Source of the DNA: Candidatus Multivoradales bacterium
Lineage (GTDB): Bacteria > Acidobacteriota > Thermoanaerobaculia > Multivoradales > JAHEKO01
Length of the DNA: 64,000 nt
Direction: 5' to 3'
NCBI GenBank assembly: GCA_965248055.1
Contig: CBDFIJ010000004.1
Coordinates: 3,136,001 to 3,200,000, forward strand
Part shown: piece by piece, positions 20,201 through 32,284 of the stretch
How positions within the stretch are numbered: position 1 is the first letter of the stretch
Layout of the letters: every line of letters starts with the position of its first letter
The notes under the pieces: model-generated
Seen by the model: the letters and a program-made list of their open reading frames with translations, nothing else
Databases searched by the model: none
Told to the model about the DNA's origin: nothing
Translations under genes and position numbers: made by a program

Positions 20201-21315
20201 ACCTCCACGATGTGGCGGAACTGGATGACCGCGATCGACGCTTCCAGCTCGCAGCCGAGGACTTTACAGAGGTCAACCCCAACACCGGCACCGCCCCCAT
20301 CTTTCGCACTCGACGCGACGCGGAGATCACCACCGATATCTACCGGCGACTGCCGGTGCTGATGGATCGCCGTTCGGACCCGCCCAAGCGCGCGTGGCCG
20401 GTCACGTACAAGCGTATGTTTGACATGACCAACGACTCCCACCTGTTCAAGCGCGCCGACGAGCTGGAGGCTGACGGGTTCTACCGAGTCAATGTCAACG
20501 AGTGGAAAAAAAGGGAAGCAAGTTATCTGCCGTTGTACGAAGGCAAGATGGTGCAGATGTACGATCACCGCGCGGCGAGCGTGGAGATAAATCCGGAGAA
20601 CCTCCATCGGCCAGCAATGGCAAGAGAGTCGACTAGCGAACAGAAAACTGATCCGAGCTGGCGAACCGAGCCACAATACTGGGTTGAATCGGCGGTCCTC
20701 GCACGGAACCGAGAGTGGGCTTTGGGTTTTAAGGATGTGACAGCACCCACGAACCGTAGGACCATGATCTCATCTGTCCTTCCTGCTGTTGGATTTGGCA
20801 ATAGCTTGCCCGTCCTTGTTTTGAGGGGCGACGTGGGACTAAACAACGCCTCAATGACTGCGTGGTACGTCGCAAACCTGAACTCGTTTGCGTTTGACTT
20901 CCTGGCTCGACAGAAAGTGCAGGGTCAACATCTCAACTGGTACATAGTGGAGCAGATCGCCGTCCTCAGTCTTGAATCGGCTGCTGCTGAACATGTCGAT
21001 CTTGTCGCGAGAGAAGTATTGCGCCTTTCTTACTGCAGCTATGAGCTGTGCGATTTCGCCCGAGCTCTGGCACATGAGGGTGATCCCTTTCCCTGGGATG
21101 AAGAGGACCGCCGCCACCGCATGGCACGGCTAGACGCGCTCTTTTTCCACCTCTACGGCCTCGACAAAAACGATGCCGACTACATCTTGAACACTTTTCC
21201 CATCGTTCGCGCCGACGATGAAAAGGAATTCGGCCGCTTCCTGACCAGGGATCTTATCCTCGCCTACATGAACGCGGTCGCGGCGGGCGATTTCGAAACT
21301 CGGGTCAGCGTGTGA
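17273..21315 (+). pseudogene. Type IIG restriction-modification enzyme (Eco57I-like REase-MTase-TRD fusion), split by a 1-nt frameshift near 19660
   Basis: ORF1 has PD..EAK nuclease, LTNG, LGAIYERLL, GSYYT and ICDPAMGSGHFL (motif I). ORF2 has FDAVIGNPPW (motif IV), LYSLFVE and a TRD. The halves join at FPTVW|GDRTQEQRGFDAV if one base is added in GTTTGGG. Confidence 0.85.
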
Positions 21316-21331
21316 CGCCGGGGCTGTAGCG

Positions 21332-21958
21332 CTAGAAATCCAGCAAGCGCCACAGATACCAAGAGGCGGTGGATCGATAGGGAGCCCAGCGCTCACCCAG
21401 TTCAGCGACTTCTGCCGGACTGGGCATGGCATCCGAATCGTGCAGTTTTTGCACACCCTTGCGAATGCCCAGGTCGTCGCTGGGCAGGATGTCCGACCTT
21501 TGCAGTCGGGTCATGAGAAAGATATTCGCGGTCCAGGGGCCAATTCCGGCTACTTGGGTTAGGACTTGGCGAACCTGATTGTCGTTGAGATGGCGCAGTT
21601 GTCGGGCTTTGATCCGGCCATCGACAAAGTGCGCGGCCAGGTCGCGCAGGTAGCGCTCTTTAGCTCGCGAGACACCGGCAGTGCGAAAGACGGTTTCTGA
21701 GGCACTGAGCAGACTCTGCGGAATGGGGAAATCACGCGCCGCGAACCCACGGACTAGGCGTCGATGGATGGTTGCAGCCGCGGCACCGGCCAGTTGTTGG
21801 TAGAGGATGGCTCTGGCCAGAGCATGAAAGGTTGAGCCGCTGGTGCGCCAGTCAGGGCGCGGCAAGGTTTTGACCAGCGGCGCAAAGCGCGGATCGCGGC
21901 GTGCCAGGGCGGCAGGGTCTCTCGGGGCCGACGTCCTGTGTTTCGAGCGGGGGCTCAA
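21332..21958 (-). CDS. DNA-3-methyladenine glycosylase (AlkA/HhH-GPD family)
   Basis: LARAILYQQL, GVSRAK, VAGIGPWTA, DLGIRKG, WAPYRSTASWYLW; start uncertain (TTG 21958 chosen so it does not overlap the ABC-F gene). Confidence 0.88.
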   Translation of the reverse strand: MSPRSKHRTSAPRDPAALARRDPRFAPLVKTLPRPDWRTSGSTFHALARAILYQQLAGAAAATIHRRLVRGFAARDFPIPQSLLSASETVFRTAGVSRAKERYLRDLAAHFVDGRIKARQLRHLNDNQVRQVLTQVAGIGPWTANIFLMTRLQRSDILPSDDLGIRKGVQKLHDSDAMPSPAEVAELGERWAPYRSTASWYLWRLLDF

Positions 21959-21974
21959 AGCACACCCACTGGCA

Positions 21975-23897
<1,923 letters not shown>

Positions 23898-24021
23898 GGT
23901 CGATGCAGTGCCTGAACGAAAGGAGGCCCCACACTCGACACCATCGAGAGGGGGATTGAACGCTGGAGTTTATCGGCAGCCGGGGCCAGCGCCTAACTGG
24001 CCAGCACTAACTTACCTACCG

Positions 24022-26958
24022 TTAACTGGCCGGCGCCGCTTCAGTCGATTCCGGGGCGGCTTCCTGTTTTTCCGGGTAGAGCACTCCGAGCACGTAGTTT
24101 TCCAAACTGAAGTATCGCTCGGCGGTTTGTTGCAGTGTCTCCGGCGTCAAGTTGTCGAGCAACTGATCGTGATCCAGAAGCACCAACGGATCCCAGCCGT
24201 GGCGGTAGTACTCGGTCAGGGCGCGCAGCCAAAATCCGTTTTCTCGCATCAGCGTCTCCCGCCGACGACGTTGTTGCTCGCGAACCTTGGTGGTGTAGCT
24301 CTCAGCGAGGCCCTCAGCTTTGACCACTTCCAGTTCTGCGAACACCCGTTCGACCATCTCATCGACATTCTCTGGTGAGCAGCCAAATTCGATCGTCACT
24401 TTGTACCCCGGTGCCGGTCGATCCGATAGATCGCTGGAGACCCGAACCCCGTAGGTGGCACCCATTTCCTCGCGCAGAACCTCGCGCAGGCGAATCGATA
24501 GGGCTTGTGAGGTGGAGCGCAGGTCGTACAGTTCTTGGACCCCGAATGGGGCGGCACCAGAGAAGATCAAGCGCACCTGACTCTTGGGTTCCAGGCCGCT
24601 GAAGACCTCGACCTGTTGCACCCCGTCCGGGCCCTCGACACCGATGTTTTTCCAGGTCTCCTCGCGCTCTGCCCCCGGCAGGCTGGCCAGGTAGGTAGTG
24701 ATCAAGGGTTTGATCGCCTCCAGTTCAAAGGAGCCGACGATGACGAAGGTGAAGTCGCTTGCGTCGCCAAACCGATCCTGGTAAACCGACGACGCTTTGT
24801 CCAGGTCGACCTTGGCGAGCATTTCGCGGTCGGGTGGTCGCCGTCGAGGATGGTTTCCGGTGAGCACGCCATTGAGCCGATCGTCGAACTGCACCTGAGG
24901 CAAGCTGGCGCGATTGTAGACCCAACCGCGGATCCGTCCCATCACCGCTTGGTAAGCGTTGGCGTCCATTCGGGGTTGGGTGAATGCCAGGTGGACCAAC
25001 TGAAACATGTCCTGCAGATCCCGCGACGAGGCACTGGCGTCGAGGCCTTCTTCGAGTTCGTCGATGTAAGGGGAAACTTGCACCGTCTTGCCGGCCAAGA
25101 CTTTGCTCAGGTCGATGGGATCAAACGCTCCCATACCGCTTTCTTCAACGAAGGTGGTGGCGAGCAGTGAGGAAGCGTAGTCGTCATCACCGACCACCGA
25201 GTTGCCACCGGGACTGAAAGCCGATACCAGCACTTGATCGGAACGAAAGTCGGTGGGCTTGAGAACCACGGTTGTACCATTGCTCAGGGTCCAGACGGTG
25301 ATCCCGAGCTCTTCAACCGACTGTTCGGAGACGATCTCTCCGGCTTCGGGGATTTCGGCCAACAACGGTTGATCGGGAACGTCGTCGACGTAGGGTTCCA
25401 ATTTGGTTTTCTTGACTTTCTCGAAGATCGCCAGAGCTTCTTTCTGTTTTGGCATGCGATCGCGATGGCGATCGGGTGCGCTCACCAGGATCACTCGATT
25501 GGAGTCGTCCAAACTGCGGGCGGCCAGAGCGTTCATTTCTTTCAAGTCCAGCGGCGGAACGAACTGCTGTACCAGTTCCAGTTCGACAGCGATTCCAGGA
25601 GTCGGTTCCTGAACCAGGAACACCCGGCTGTACTCGGAGGCATAGTCGCTGGAATCGGCAGCGTTGGTGTCTTGGGCCGCGCGCTCATAGGTGCGGATGT
25701 ACTGCGCTCTCGCCCGGTCGAGTTCGGACTGGGAAAAACCGAACTGTGCCAGGCGTTCTACCTCGGTCAATAGGGCGGTCATGCCCTTGGCGACCTCCCC
25801 TTCGCCGACCGCTGCAACTAGGGTGGAAACGTGCTTGGAGCGTACAAACCGTCCCGAAGACGAGTTGGCGACCAAGAACGGTGGGTTGGGTTGTCGGGTG
25901 AATTCCTCCAACCGAGCGTTGACCATCATGTGGTAAATCCGCTCCACGATCCATTGGCGATAGTCGCGCACTCTGCCCTCGGGGCGTCGCGGCAGCTTGT
26001 TGAAGATCGCGAAAGTAGTGCCTGCCGCCTCGGGGTCGGTTGCCACCCCGTACAGGGTTTCTTCATGGTCTGGGATCGGGTGGATGATTCGCGGCTTGGC
26101 TTCCTCCGGGTTGGTCAACCCGGAGAATCTGGCGGCAAGCTTGGCCGCCATCTGCTCTCGGTCGATGTCACCCACTGCGATCACCGCCATTAGGTCGGGC
26201 CGGTACCAATCGTGATAAAAGTCTTTCAACCGTTGTGCCGGTGCGTTCTTGAGAATCTCAGGAGTACCGATCGGCAGGCGTTCGGCGTAGACCGAATCTT
26301 GAAACAAGATGGGAAATTGTTGGTCGCGAAGGCGTGAGCCAAAGCCCAGGCCCAGTCGCCATTCTTCGGTCACCACCCCCCGTTCGCGATCGACCTCTTG
26401 GTCGTCAAAGGTCACGGCGCTAGCCCACTGGTGCAGGATGTCGAGGCCGGTGTCGACCAATTCCTCTGAATCGGTGGGCACCCGCAACATATAGACCGTC
26501 TCGTCGAAACTAGTCGTCGCGTTGATGTCGGGGCCAAAACGCATGCCGATGGTTTCGAGGTAGTTCACCAGCTCTAGGCGTTGGTATTTTTCCGTGCCGT
26601 TAAACGCCATGTGCTCAACAAAATGAGCCAGCCCGCGCTGATCGGCGTCCTCTAGCGTTGACCCGGCGTTGACCACCAACCACAACTCAACCCGAGCCTC
26701 AGGCGTCTCGTTTTGGCGCACGTAGTAGGTCAAGCCGTTGTCCAGCTTGCCGACGGTCAGCACTGGATCTACGGTGAGATCTTGATCCAGTTTGTTCGCC
26801 CAGTCTTGAGCGGCGACCGGTGCGGCGATGGTCGCGAGCACGGCGACCGCGAGCAGAGTAGTTCTGAGAACGGCAATTCTGAGAACAGGTGCGTACCGTA
26901 AGCGACAAGAGACAGCGGGTACGGCGTTTCGGAGCACAGTTGGTTTGGTCATATTCAT
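24022..26958 (-). CDS. M16 zinc protease, full-length PqqL-like
   Basis: GLAHFVEHMAFNG, NATTSFDETVY, ERGVVTEEWR, LREEMGATYG; signal peptide; exact start uncertain. Confidence 0.92.
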   Translation of the reverse strand: MNMTKPTVLRNAVPAVSCRLRYAPVLRIAVLRTTLLAVAVLATIAAPVAAQDWANKLDQDLTVDPVLTVGKLDNGLTYYVRQNETPEARVELWLVVNAGSTLEDADQRGLAHFVEHMAFNGTEKYQRLELVNYLETIGMRFGPDINATTSFDETVYMLRVPTDSEELVDTGLDILHQWASAVTFDDQEVDRERGVVTEEWRLGLGFGSRLRDQQFPILFQDSVYAERLPIGTPEILKNAPAQRLKDFYHDWYRPDLMAVIAVGDIDREQMAAKLAARFSGLTNPEEAKPRIIHPIPDHEETLYGVATDPEAAGTTFAIFNKLPRRPEGRVRDYRQWIVERIYHMMVNARLEEFTRQPNPPFLVANSSSGRFVRSKHVSTLVAAVGEGEVAKGMTALLTEVERLAQFGFSQSELDRARAQYIRTYERAAQDTNAADSSDYASEYSRVFLVQEPTPGIAVELELVQQFVPPLDLKEMNALAARSLDDSNRVILVSAPDRHRDRMPKQKEALAIFEKVKKTKLEPYVDDVPDQPLLAEIPEAGEIVSEQSVEELGITVWTLSNGTTVVLKPTDFRSDQVLVSAFSPGGNSVVGDDDYASSLLATTFVEESGMGAFDPIDLSKVLAGKTVQVSPYIDELEEGLDASASSRDLQDMFQLVHLAFTQPRMDANAYQAVMGRIRGWVYNRASLPQVQFDDRLNGVLTGNHPRRRPPDREMLAKVDLDKASSVYQDRFGDASDFTFVIVGSFELEAIKPLITTYLASLPGAEREETWKNIGVEGPDGVQQVEVFSGLEPKSQVRLIFSGAAPFGVQELYDLRSTSQALSIRLREVLREEMGATYGVRVSSDLSDRPAPGYKVTIEFGCSPENVDEMVERVFAELEVVKAEGLAESYTTKVREQQRRRRETLMRENGFWLRALTEYYRHGWDPLVLLDHDQLLDNLTPETLQQTAERYFSLENYVLGVLYPEKQEAAPESTEAAPAS

Positions 26959-27034
26959 TACAGGGCGCTTTACTGCAGGATCGCTGCCGAATATGGCCTT
27001 CCGATCCGGGAACTCAGAAAAGTATACGGCTGGT

Positions 27035-29635
27035 TTAGGAAACTTGTTCTAGCAGGCGGGCGAGTGCAGTTTGCAGGTCTGGTTGGGTTTCCATTAGCCC
27101 AGCCAGAGGGTCGGTCTTCTGACGCCCGACGCGAGCGGCGAGGTTGCCCAGATGAAACTTTCCTGGGGTCAGAGATGCATTGACCTCGGACCAGCGCAGG
27201 GGGGTGGACACCGGGGCACCGACAAAGGGTCGCACACTGTAGGGAGCGACCAGCAACCTGCCGTGACCGTTTTGCAGGAAGTCAACATAGACCTTGCCCT
27301 GACGCTGAGCCAAACGGCGGGTGGTGGTGGCGATTTCGGGTTGTTCAGCGATCGTCCATTGAGCGATCAACCCGGCCAACTGGCGGCTTTGTTCATGGGT
27401 CAACTGTCCACCCAGTGGAATGAGAATGTGCAAGCCGCTGCCGCCGCTGGTCTTGGGGTAGCTGGGCAAAGCGATCTTCTCCAGTAGCCGGTGGATGGTG
27501 CGAGCGATAGTCACCACGTGCGCAAACGGTGCCTCTTTGGGATCCAAGTCCAGAATGCACCAGTCGGGGTGAGCCAGCGAACCGATTCGGCTCGACCAAA
27601 TATGCAACGGGATGGCACCTAGGTTGGCGATGTAGAGCAATGACGCCAGATCGTCGCAAACAAAATAGGTGGTCGGTTGGTCGGCGTCGTCGGCGCCTAT
27701 GTCTTCAGTATGCATCCAATCGGGGGCGAAGTCGGGAGCGTTTTTTTGGTAGAAGGATTTGCCGTGTATGCCGTCGGGATAACGATCCAAAACCAGAGGC
27801 CGATCGCGAAGCCAGGGCAAGAGTTGAGGAGCCACCGAACGGTAGTAGGCAACTAGGTCACCTTTGTTCAAGCCATCTTCGGGCCAGAAAACCTTGTGCG
27901 GTCGGGTGATCTCGATCTCGTCCGCTTGCGGGCGTGCGACGACATCGACTTCGGGGATTGGCTGGCCGGGCCAGCGACAGTCGGCCGGGTCTTTGTCGCT
28001 GCGGAGACGCAAGAACACCGGGTGGCGCAAGAATCCAGATGGCGTCACCTCGCTGAAGCGCACCTCGACCACCTGCAGAGGGTGCAGCCAAACGTGGTTC
28101 GAACCCTTGGGGAGATCTCCCTGACAGATCGGCGCCGGGGTAACACTCCCAGCCAACCCGCGCCCAATCTGTTCGGCTACAGCTTGACTGAAGCCACTGC
28201 CGACCGCGCCGACATAGGTCAATAGATCCTGGTCCCAGATCGCCAGATGAAGAGCGGCAAACGAGACGCTCTCCGCATTGGAGTCGTTGCTTGTAGTGGC
28301 CGGGCCGATGTTTTTCGGCAGGGTGTAGCCGACCACGACGAAGTCCTCGCTCTTGTCGGCGCGGATTTTCTGCCAGCGATCCGAACGGCCTTTGCGATAG
28401 TGACTGCTGGCGTCCTTGGCGACGATGCCCTCAAGGTCTAGCTTGCGGGCGGCTCGATAGAATTCAGTGCCTCTGGCCTCAATGTGATCGGTGTAGCGCA
28501 CCGCACCCTGCCCGGGCAGGACTTGGCGCAGCAGCTTCTTGCGCTGCTGCAGCGGGATCTGACGTAGGTCGTAGCCTTCCAACATCAACAGGTCAAAGAC
28601 CATGTAGGTGACCGGCGTTTCTACGGTCGCTCTTTCAATTTCAAACCGATTGCGCGTCTGAGCCCGTTTCTGAAGCGCCGAGAAACTGGGCTTGCCGTCG
28701 GAATTGAGGACGACGATTTCTCCGTCGAAGACGAATTGATTGAAGGGCAGCGCGGTCAGGGTGCGGGTGATCTCCGGGAACACCTTGGCGACGTGTTGAC
28801 CGTTGCGGGTGCTCAGGTCCACGCCGGCCCCCCGTCCAAAGGGATTGGCTCCCTTGCTCTGGCTTTGATCTTTGGCGGCTAGGATTCGATGACCGTCATA
28901 TTTGAGCTCAAACAACCATCCAGGACGGTCGAAAGGTTCGGCCGTGAGCTGGGCGAGCATCGGCGAAAGTTCCACCTCGCTGACGATCGCGGTCGGTGCG
29001 CCCAGCTCGCCAAGTTGTTGGCGCAGTTCGGTGCGAACCGTGCCGGCCTCAGCCAGCTGGTGCACTGTGAGCCCGGACAAGACCGAAGTTTCGGCGAACG
29101 GCTGATCTTCTTCCTCGCGCGACCATGCGTCCGGCTTCTTGATGAACAGCCACTCTTTGGGGTTGCGCGAGGTGCGCACCAAGGTCCACAGCCCGCGCAG
29201 CTTGTAGCCGTAGAGGTCGAACAACAGTTTGCCGTCGGCCAGACTGGTGGCGGGGTCGAGGTGGGACACCCAGCGACCTCGATCCCAAATAATCATCGCC
29301 CCCGCGCCGTAGTTGCCCTTGGGGATGACGCCCTCGAAGTCGGCGTAATCGAGGGGGTGATCCTCGGTCTCCACCGCCAAGCGCTTCTCGCTTGGATCTG
29401 CGGAGATTCCCTTGGGAACCGCCCAGGAATGCAGGGTGCCGTCGATCTCCAGGCGCAAGTCGTAGTGCAGTGCACGAGCGTCGTGGCACTGAACGACGAA
29501 GGCTCCTGGGCGCTGTTGTGTGGAGTCGCCAAACGGTTCTGGGGTCGAGCCGCGCTGACGTTTCTGACGATACTTGTCGAGACGGTCTTTGCCTTGGGCG
29601 GCAGCGGACTCCGGGTTTGAGGGCTTGGCGGTCAA
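27035..29635 (-). CDS. ligD: DNA ligase D (phosphoesterase-ligase-polymerase)
   Basis: PE domain FVVQ.HDAR.LHYDLRLE; ligase ELKYDG and EGIVAK; primase-polymerase RYPDG, DLDP, KTSGGSGLH. Confidence 0.95.
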   Translation of the reverse strand: MTAKPSNPESAAAQGKDRLDKYRQKRQRGSTPEPFGDSTQQRPGAFVVQCHDARALHYDLRLEIDGTLHSWAVPKGISADPSEKRLAVETEDHPLDYADFEGVIPKGNYGAGAMIIWDRGRWVSHLDPATSLADGKLLFDLYGYKLRGLWTLVRTSRNPKEWLFIKKPDAWSREEEDQPFAETSVLSGLTVHQLAEAGTVRTELRQQLGELGAPTAIVSEVELSPMLAQLTAEPFDRPGWLFELKYDGHRILAAKDQSQSKGANPFGRGAGVDLSTRNGQHVAKVFPEITRTLTALPFNQFVFDGEIVVLNSDGKPSFSALQKRAQTRNRFEIERATVETPVTYMVFDLLMLEGYDLRQIPLQQRKKLLRQVLPGQGAVRYTDHIEARGTEFYRAARKLDLEGIVAKDASSHYRKGRSDRWQKIRADKSEDFVVVGYTLPKNIGPATTSNDSNAESVSFAALHLAIWDQDLLTYVGAVGSGFSQAVAEQIGRGLAGSVTPAPICQGDLPKGSNHVWLHPLQVVEVRFSEVTPSGFLRHPVFLRLRSDKDPADCRWPGQPIPEVDVVARPQADEIEITRPHKVFWPEDGLNKGDLVAYYRSVAPQLLPWLRDRPLVLDRYPDGIHGKSFYQKNAPDFAPDWMHTEDIGADDADQPTTYFVCDDLASLLYIANLGAIPLHIWSSRIGSLAHPDWCILDLDPKEAPFAHVVTIARTIHRLLEKIALPSYPKTSGGSGLHILIPLGGQLTHEQSRQLAGLIAQWTIAEQPEIATTTRRLAQRQGKVYVDFLQNGHGRLLVAPYSVRPFVGAPVSTPLRWSEVNASLTPGKFHLGNLAARVGRQKTDPLAGLMETQPDLQTALARLLEQVS

Positions 29636-29640
29636 CGGAA

Positions 29641-29650
29641 AGTGTAGGAT
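29641..29650. promoter_or_regulatory. Putative bidirectional overlapping -10 elements for leaderless ku and ligD
   Basis: AGTGTAGGAT gives TAGGAT at -12..-7 of the ku ATG and TACACT on the minus strand 5 nt before the ligD TTG; 21-bp spacer without a Shine-Dalgarno. Confidence 0.5.
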
Positions 29651-29656
29651 TTAGCG

Positions 29657-30508
29657 ATGAGTGCTCGACCGATAGCAACTGGAACTGTGTCTTTTGGCTT
29701 GGTGGCAATCCCGATCAAGATGTATTCGACGGCTGAAAGTTCTCAGACCGTTCGCTTCAACATGATTCACGAGAAGTGTGGCACACGAGTTAAGTATAAG
29801 TACTACTGCCCGACCGACGACGAGATCGTCGAACGCAGCGACCTGACCAAGGGCTTCGAATACACCAAAGGCAAGTTCGTTTTGTTCTCCCCAGAGGAGC
29901 TCAAAGCGCTGACCCCGGATCCGACTCACTCGATCGAGATTACCGAGTTCGTTCCATCTGAGACCGTCGACCCGCTGTATTTTGACAAAGCGTATTTTCT
30001 TGGCCCAGACAAAGGCGGGGCTCGACCGTATCGATTGTTGGGCGAGGCGATGCGCCAGACTGGTCGGGTTGCGCTGGCGCGCTACGCGGCGCGTGGCAAG
30101 GACTACGTGGTGTTAGTACGACCTTTTGAACAGGGGTTGGTGATGCAGCAGCTTTTCTATGGCGAGGAAGTTCGCGGCTTGGATCAAGTGCCGATCGAAG
30201 AGGCCTCAATCAAGGACTCCGAACTTGAGTTGGCGGTGCAGTTGGTGGAACAAATCGCCAAAGAAACTTTCGACCCCAAGGCCTATCGCGACGAAGTGCG
30301 CGACCAGATCTGGGGTTTGATTGAGTCCAAGATTGAAGGGCAAGAAATCGTCGCCGCCCTTCCTGACGAACCCAAGGCGCAAATCATCGACTTGATGGAA
30401 GCCTTGAAAGCAAGCCTCGGGGAGTCCGAGGGGGCCGCCCAGGAGCAGAGAAAGGCGGCCAAGGCCTCGCGACCTCGAGTGGCTTCAAAGAAGGCAGCGA
30501 AAGGATAA
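29657..30508 (+). CDS. ku: Ku protein (NHEJ)
   Basis: GTVSFGLVAIPIKMY, KGFEY, FDKAYFLGPD, IIDLMEALKASL, basic tail. Confidence 0.95.
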   Translation: MSARPIATGTVSFGLVAIPIKMYSTAESSQTVRFNMIHEKCGTRVKYKYYCPTDDEIVERSDLTKGFEYTKGKFVLFSPEELKALTPDPTHSIEITEFVPSETVDPLYFDKAYFLGPDKGGARPYRLLGEAMRQTGRVALARYAARGKDYVVLVRPFEQGLVMQQLFYGEEVRGLDQVPIEEASIKDSELELAVQLVEQIAKETFDPKAYRDEVRDQIWGLIESKIEGQEIVAALPDEPKAQIIDLMEALKASLGESEGAAQEQRKAAKASRPRVASKKAAKG

Positions 30509-31336
30509 ATGTCCGCCCAGCCAGCAAAACCAGGCAACTTGATCGGCGTCTATTCGGCGCCGCAGTTGGCTCGACTGGTGGGCGTGAGTCCAACAGTTGT
30601 CCGGCGTTACGCGCTGGCGGGAATTCTCGGAGAAGGAGATGGCTCGGGTCGCTTCGGGTTTGCCGATGTGGTTTTGTTGCGGGCGATTCAAGAACTACTG
30701 CAAGCGAGAATTTCCTCTCATCGCATTTGTCGAGCGCTGGAGCGGTTGCGTGGTGAACTGCCAGCCGGCATGCCGGTGAGTGCCGCCTCGATTGCCGCCG
30801 AAGCAGGCCACATCGTTGCTCGTTTTGAGGCCGATGTTTGGGACCTGGAAAGTGGCCAGCGAGTGCTGGATCTAAGCCGCCCGAACGGCGACTCTGGGGA
30901 GGCGACGGTGGCTCCGGTGGGGCAGAGAGTCGAGGAATGGTTTGCCCAAGCGTTGGCGGCCGAGGATTCAGATCCAGAAGACGCCGCACGGCTCTATCGT
31001 CGGGTTTTGGCGCTCGATCGCGACCACCCGGAGGCCCATCTAAATCTGGGGCGTCTGCTGCACGAGCGGGGTGATTTGTACCTCGCAGAACGCCACTACC
31101 GTCGGGCGATCGCCGTGCATGATCAAGATCCCACCGCCTGGTTCAACTTGGGTGTGGTGTTGGAGGATCGTAGCCGTCGACAGGCAGCGGTTGAGGCGTA
31201 CCAGAAGGCGACTGGCCTCGACGATACTTACGCCGATGCTTTTTTCAATCTCGGAAACCTCTATCAGCATCTCGGCGAAACGAGTGCGGCGGTGGGCTGT
31301 TTTAAGCGATACCGCGAATTGATCCAGGATTCTTGA
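30509..31336 (+). CDS. MerR-type HTH plus TPR-repeat protein
   Basis: YSAPQLARLVGVSPTVVRRY HTH; TPRs AHLNLG, AWFNLG, AFFNLG; abuts the ku stop (TAAATG). Confidence 0.82.
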   Translation: MSAQPAKPGNLIGVYSAPQLARLVGVSPTVVRRYALAGILGEGDGSGRFGFADVVLLRAIQELLQARISSHRICRALERLRGELPAGMPVSAASIAAEAGHIVARFEADVWDLESGQRVLDLSRPNGDSGEATVAPVGQRVEEWFAQALAAEDSDPEDAARLYRRVLALDRDHPEAHLNLGRLLHERGDLYLAERHYRRAIAVHDQDPTAWFNLGVVLEDRSRRQAAVEAYQKATGLDDTYADAFFNLGNLYQHLGETSAAVGCFKRYRELIQDS

Positions 31337-32100
31337 TGCAAGCGCAACGTGGAGGCCCGAATTGGGGGCTGACCGGACCGATTCCGACCGACATTGCGGT
31401 CTTGATCGGCGTTTTGTTCTTTACCTTTAGCTGCCAATTCTTTGAATTGGGGCGCCCGTTGGTCAGCGCCCTCAGGTTGAGTCAAGAGGCTTGGCACTCG
31501 GGACAGATATGGAGATTGGCGAGCTACCCGATGGCTGGCTCCGGGATGCCCGGATTGTGGATTGTGGTTGAGTGGCTGGTGTTATTTATGTTCGCCCGCA
31601 CGATTTTTTTCCAACTGGGCCGGCGGCGGTTTTGGCGCACCCTGGCTACGGCGGCGGTGATTGCAGCGGTGGTGGCGTTGTTGGTCGACGCGATCACCGG
31701 TACTGGTGGGGGTGCCGGCGGCGTTGGCTTTGTATTGATGCAAGGGCAGCGGATGGTGCTGGCGATCGTGATTGCCGCCTTCGCGACGCTGAATCGCAGT
31801 GCCACGGTGTTGCTTTTCTTTGTCCTACCGGTAAAGGCGGGTTGGTTCTTGGGAATTGAGATTCTGTTTGCCTTTCTCGGCTATCTCTCGAGTGGTGATT
31901 TTCCGGGATTCGTCGGCATTGCGGTGGCGGTTGGGGTGACCTTTTGGCTGCTCGATGGCGGCAGTGCTCGACAATTTCGTCTGCGACTAGAGGAGCGCTG
32001 GCTGCGAGCCAAACTGAAGCGACATCGATCGAGAAGCAGGGCCGGGGGACGGCGAGGCAATGGAGAAGACAATGTTCGCCCCGGGCCCTGGGTCAACTGA
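31336..32100 (+). CDS. Multi-pass membrane protein, rhomboid-like without an obvious catalytic GxSG
   Basis: About 6 TM helices, GQIWRL motif, LFFVLPVKA, basic tail; TGATG coupling. Confidence 0.55.
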   Translation: MQAQRGGPNWGLTGPIPTDIAVLIGVLFFTFSCQFFELGRPLVSALRLSQEAWHSGQIWRLASYPMAGSGMPGLWIVVEWLVLFMFARTIFFQLGRRRFWRTLATAAVIAAVVALLVDAITGTGGGAGGVGFVLMQGQRMVLAIVIAAFATLNRSATVLLFFVLPVKAGWFLGIEILFAFLGYLSSGDFPGFVGIAVAVGVTFWLLDGGSARQFRLRLEERWLRAKLKRHRSRSRAGGRRGNGEDNVRPGPWVN

Positions 32101-32284
32101 TGAAATCAATGATTCATTGATTGAGGAGGCTCGGTCGCCGATCGTCTTGGTTTGGTTCACGGGGTTTACAGTCTGTTTGTGGGGTGCGCTGTTTTCGCTT
32201 GGCGTACGTTTGAGAATGCCGCTCTAGGAATCAAATGGTCAGACAATCGGTTTAGAAGGTGGAAGGAAGCTACACGGAGACTTC

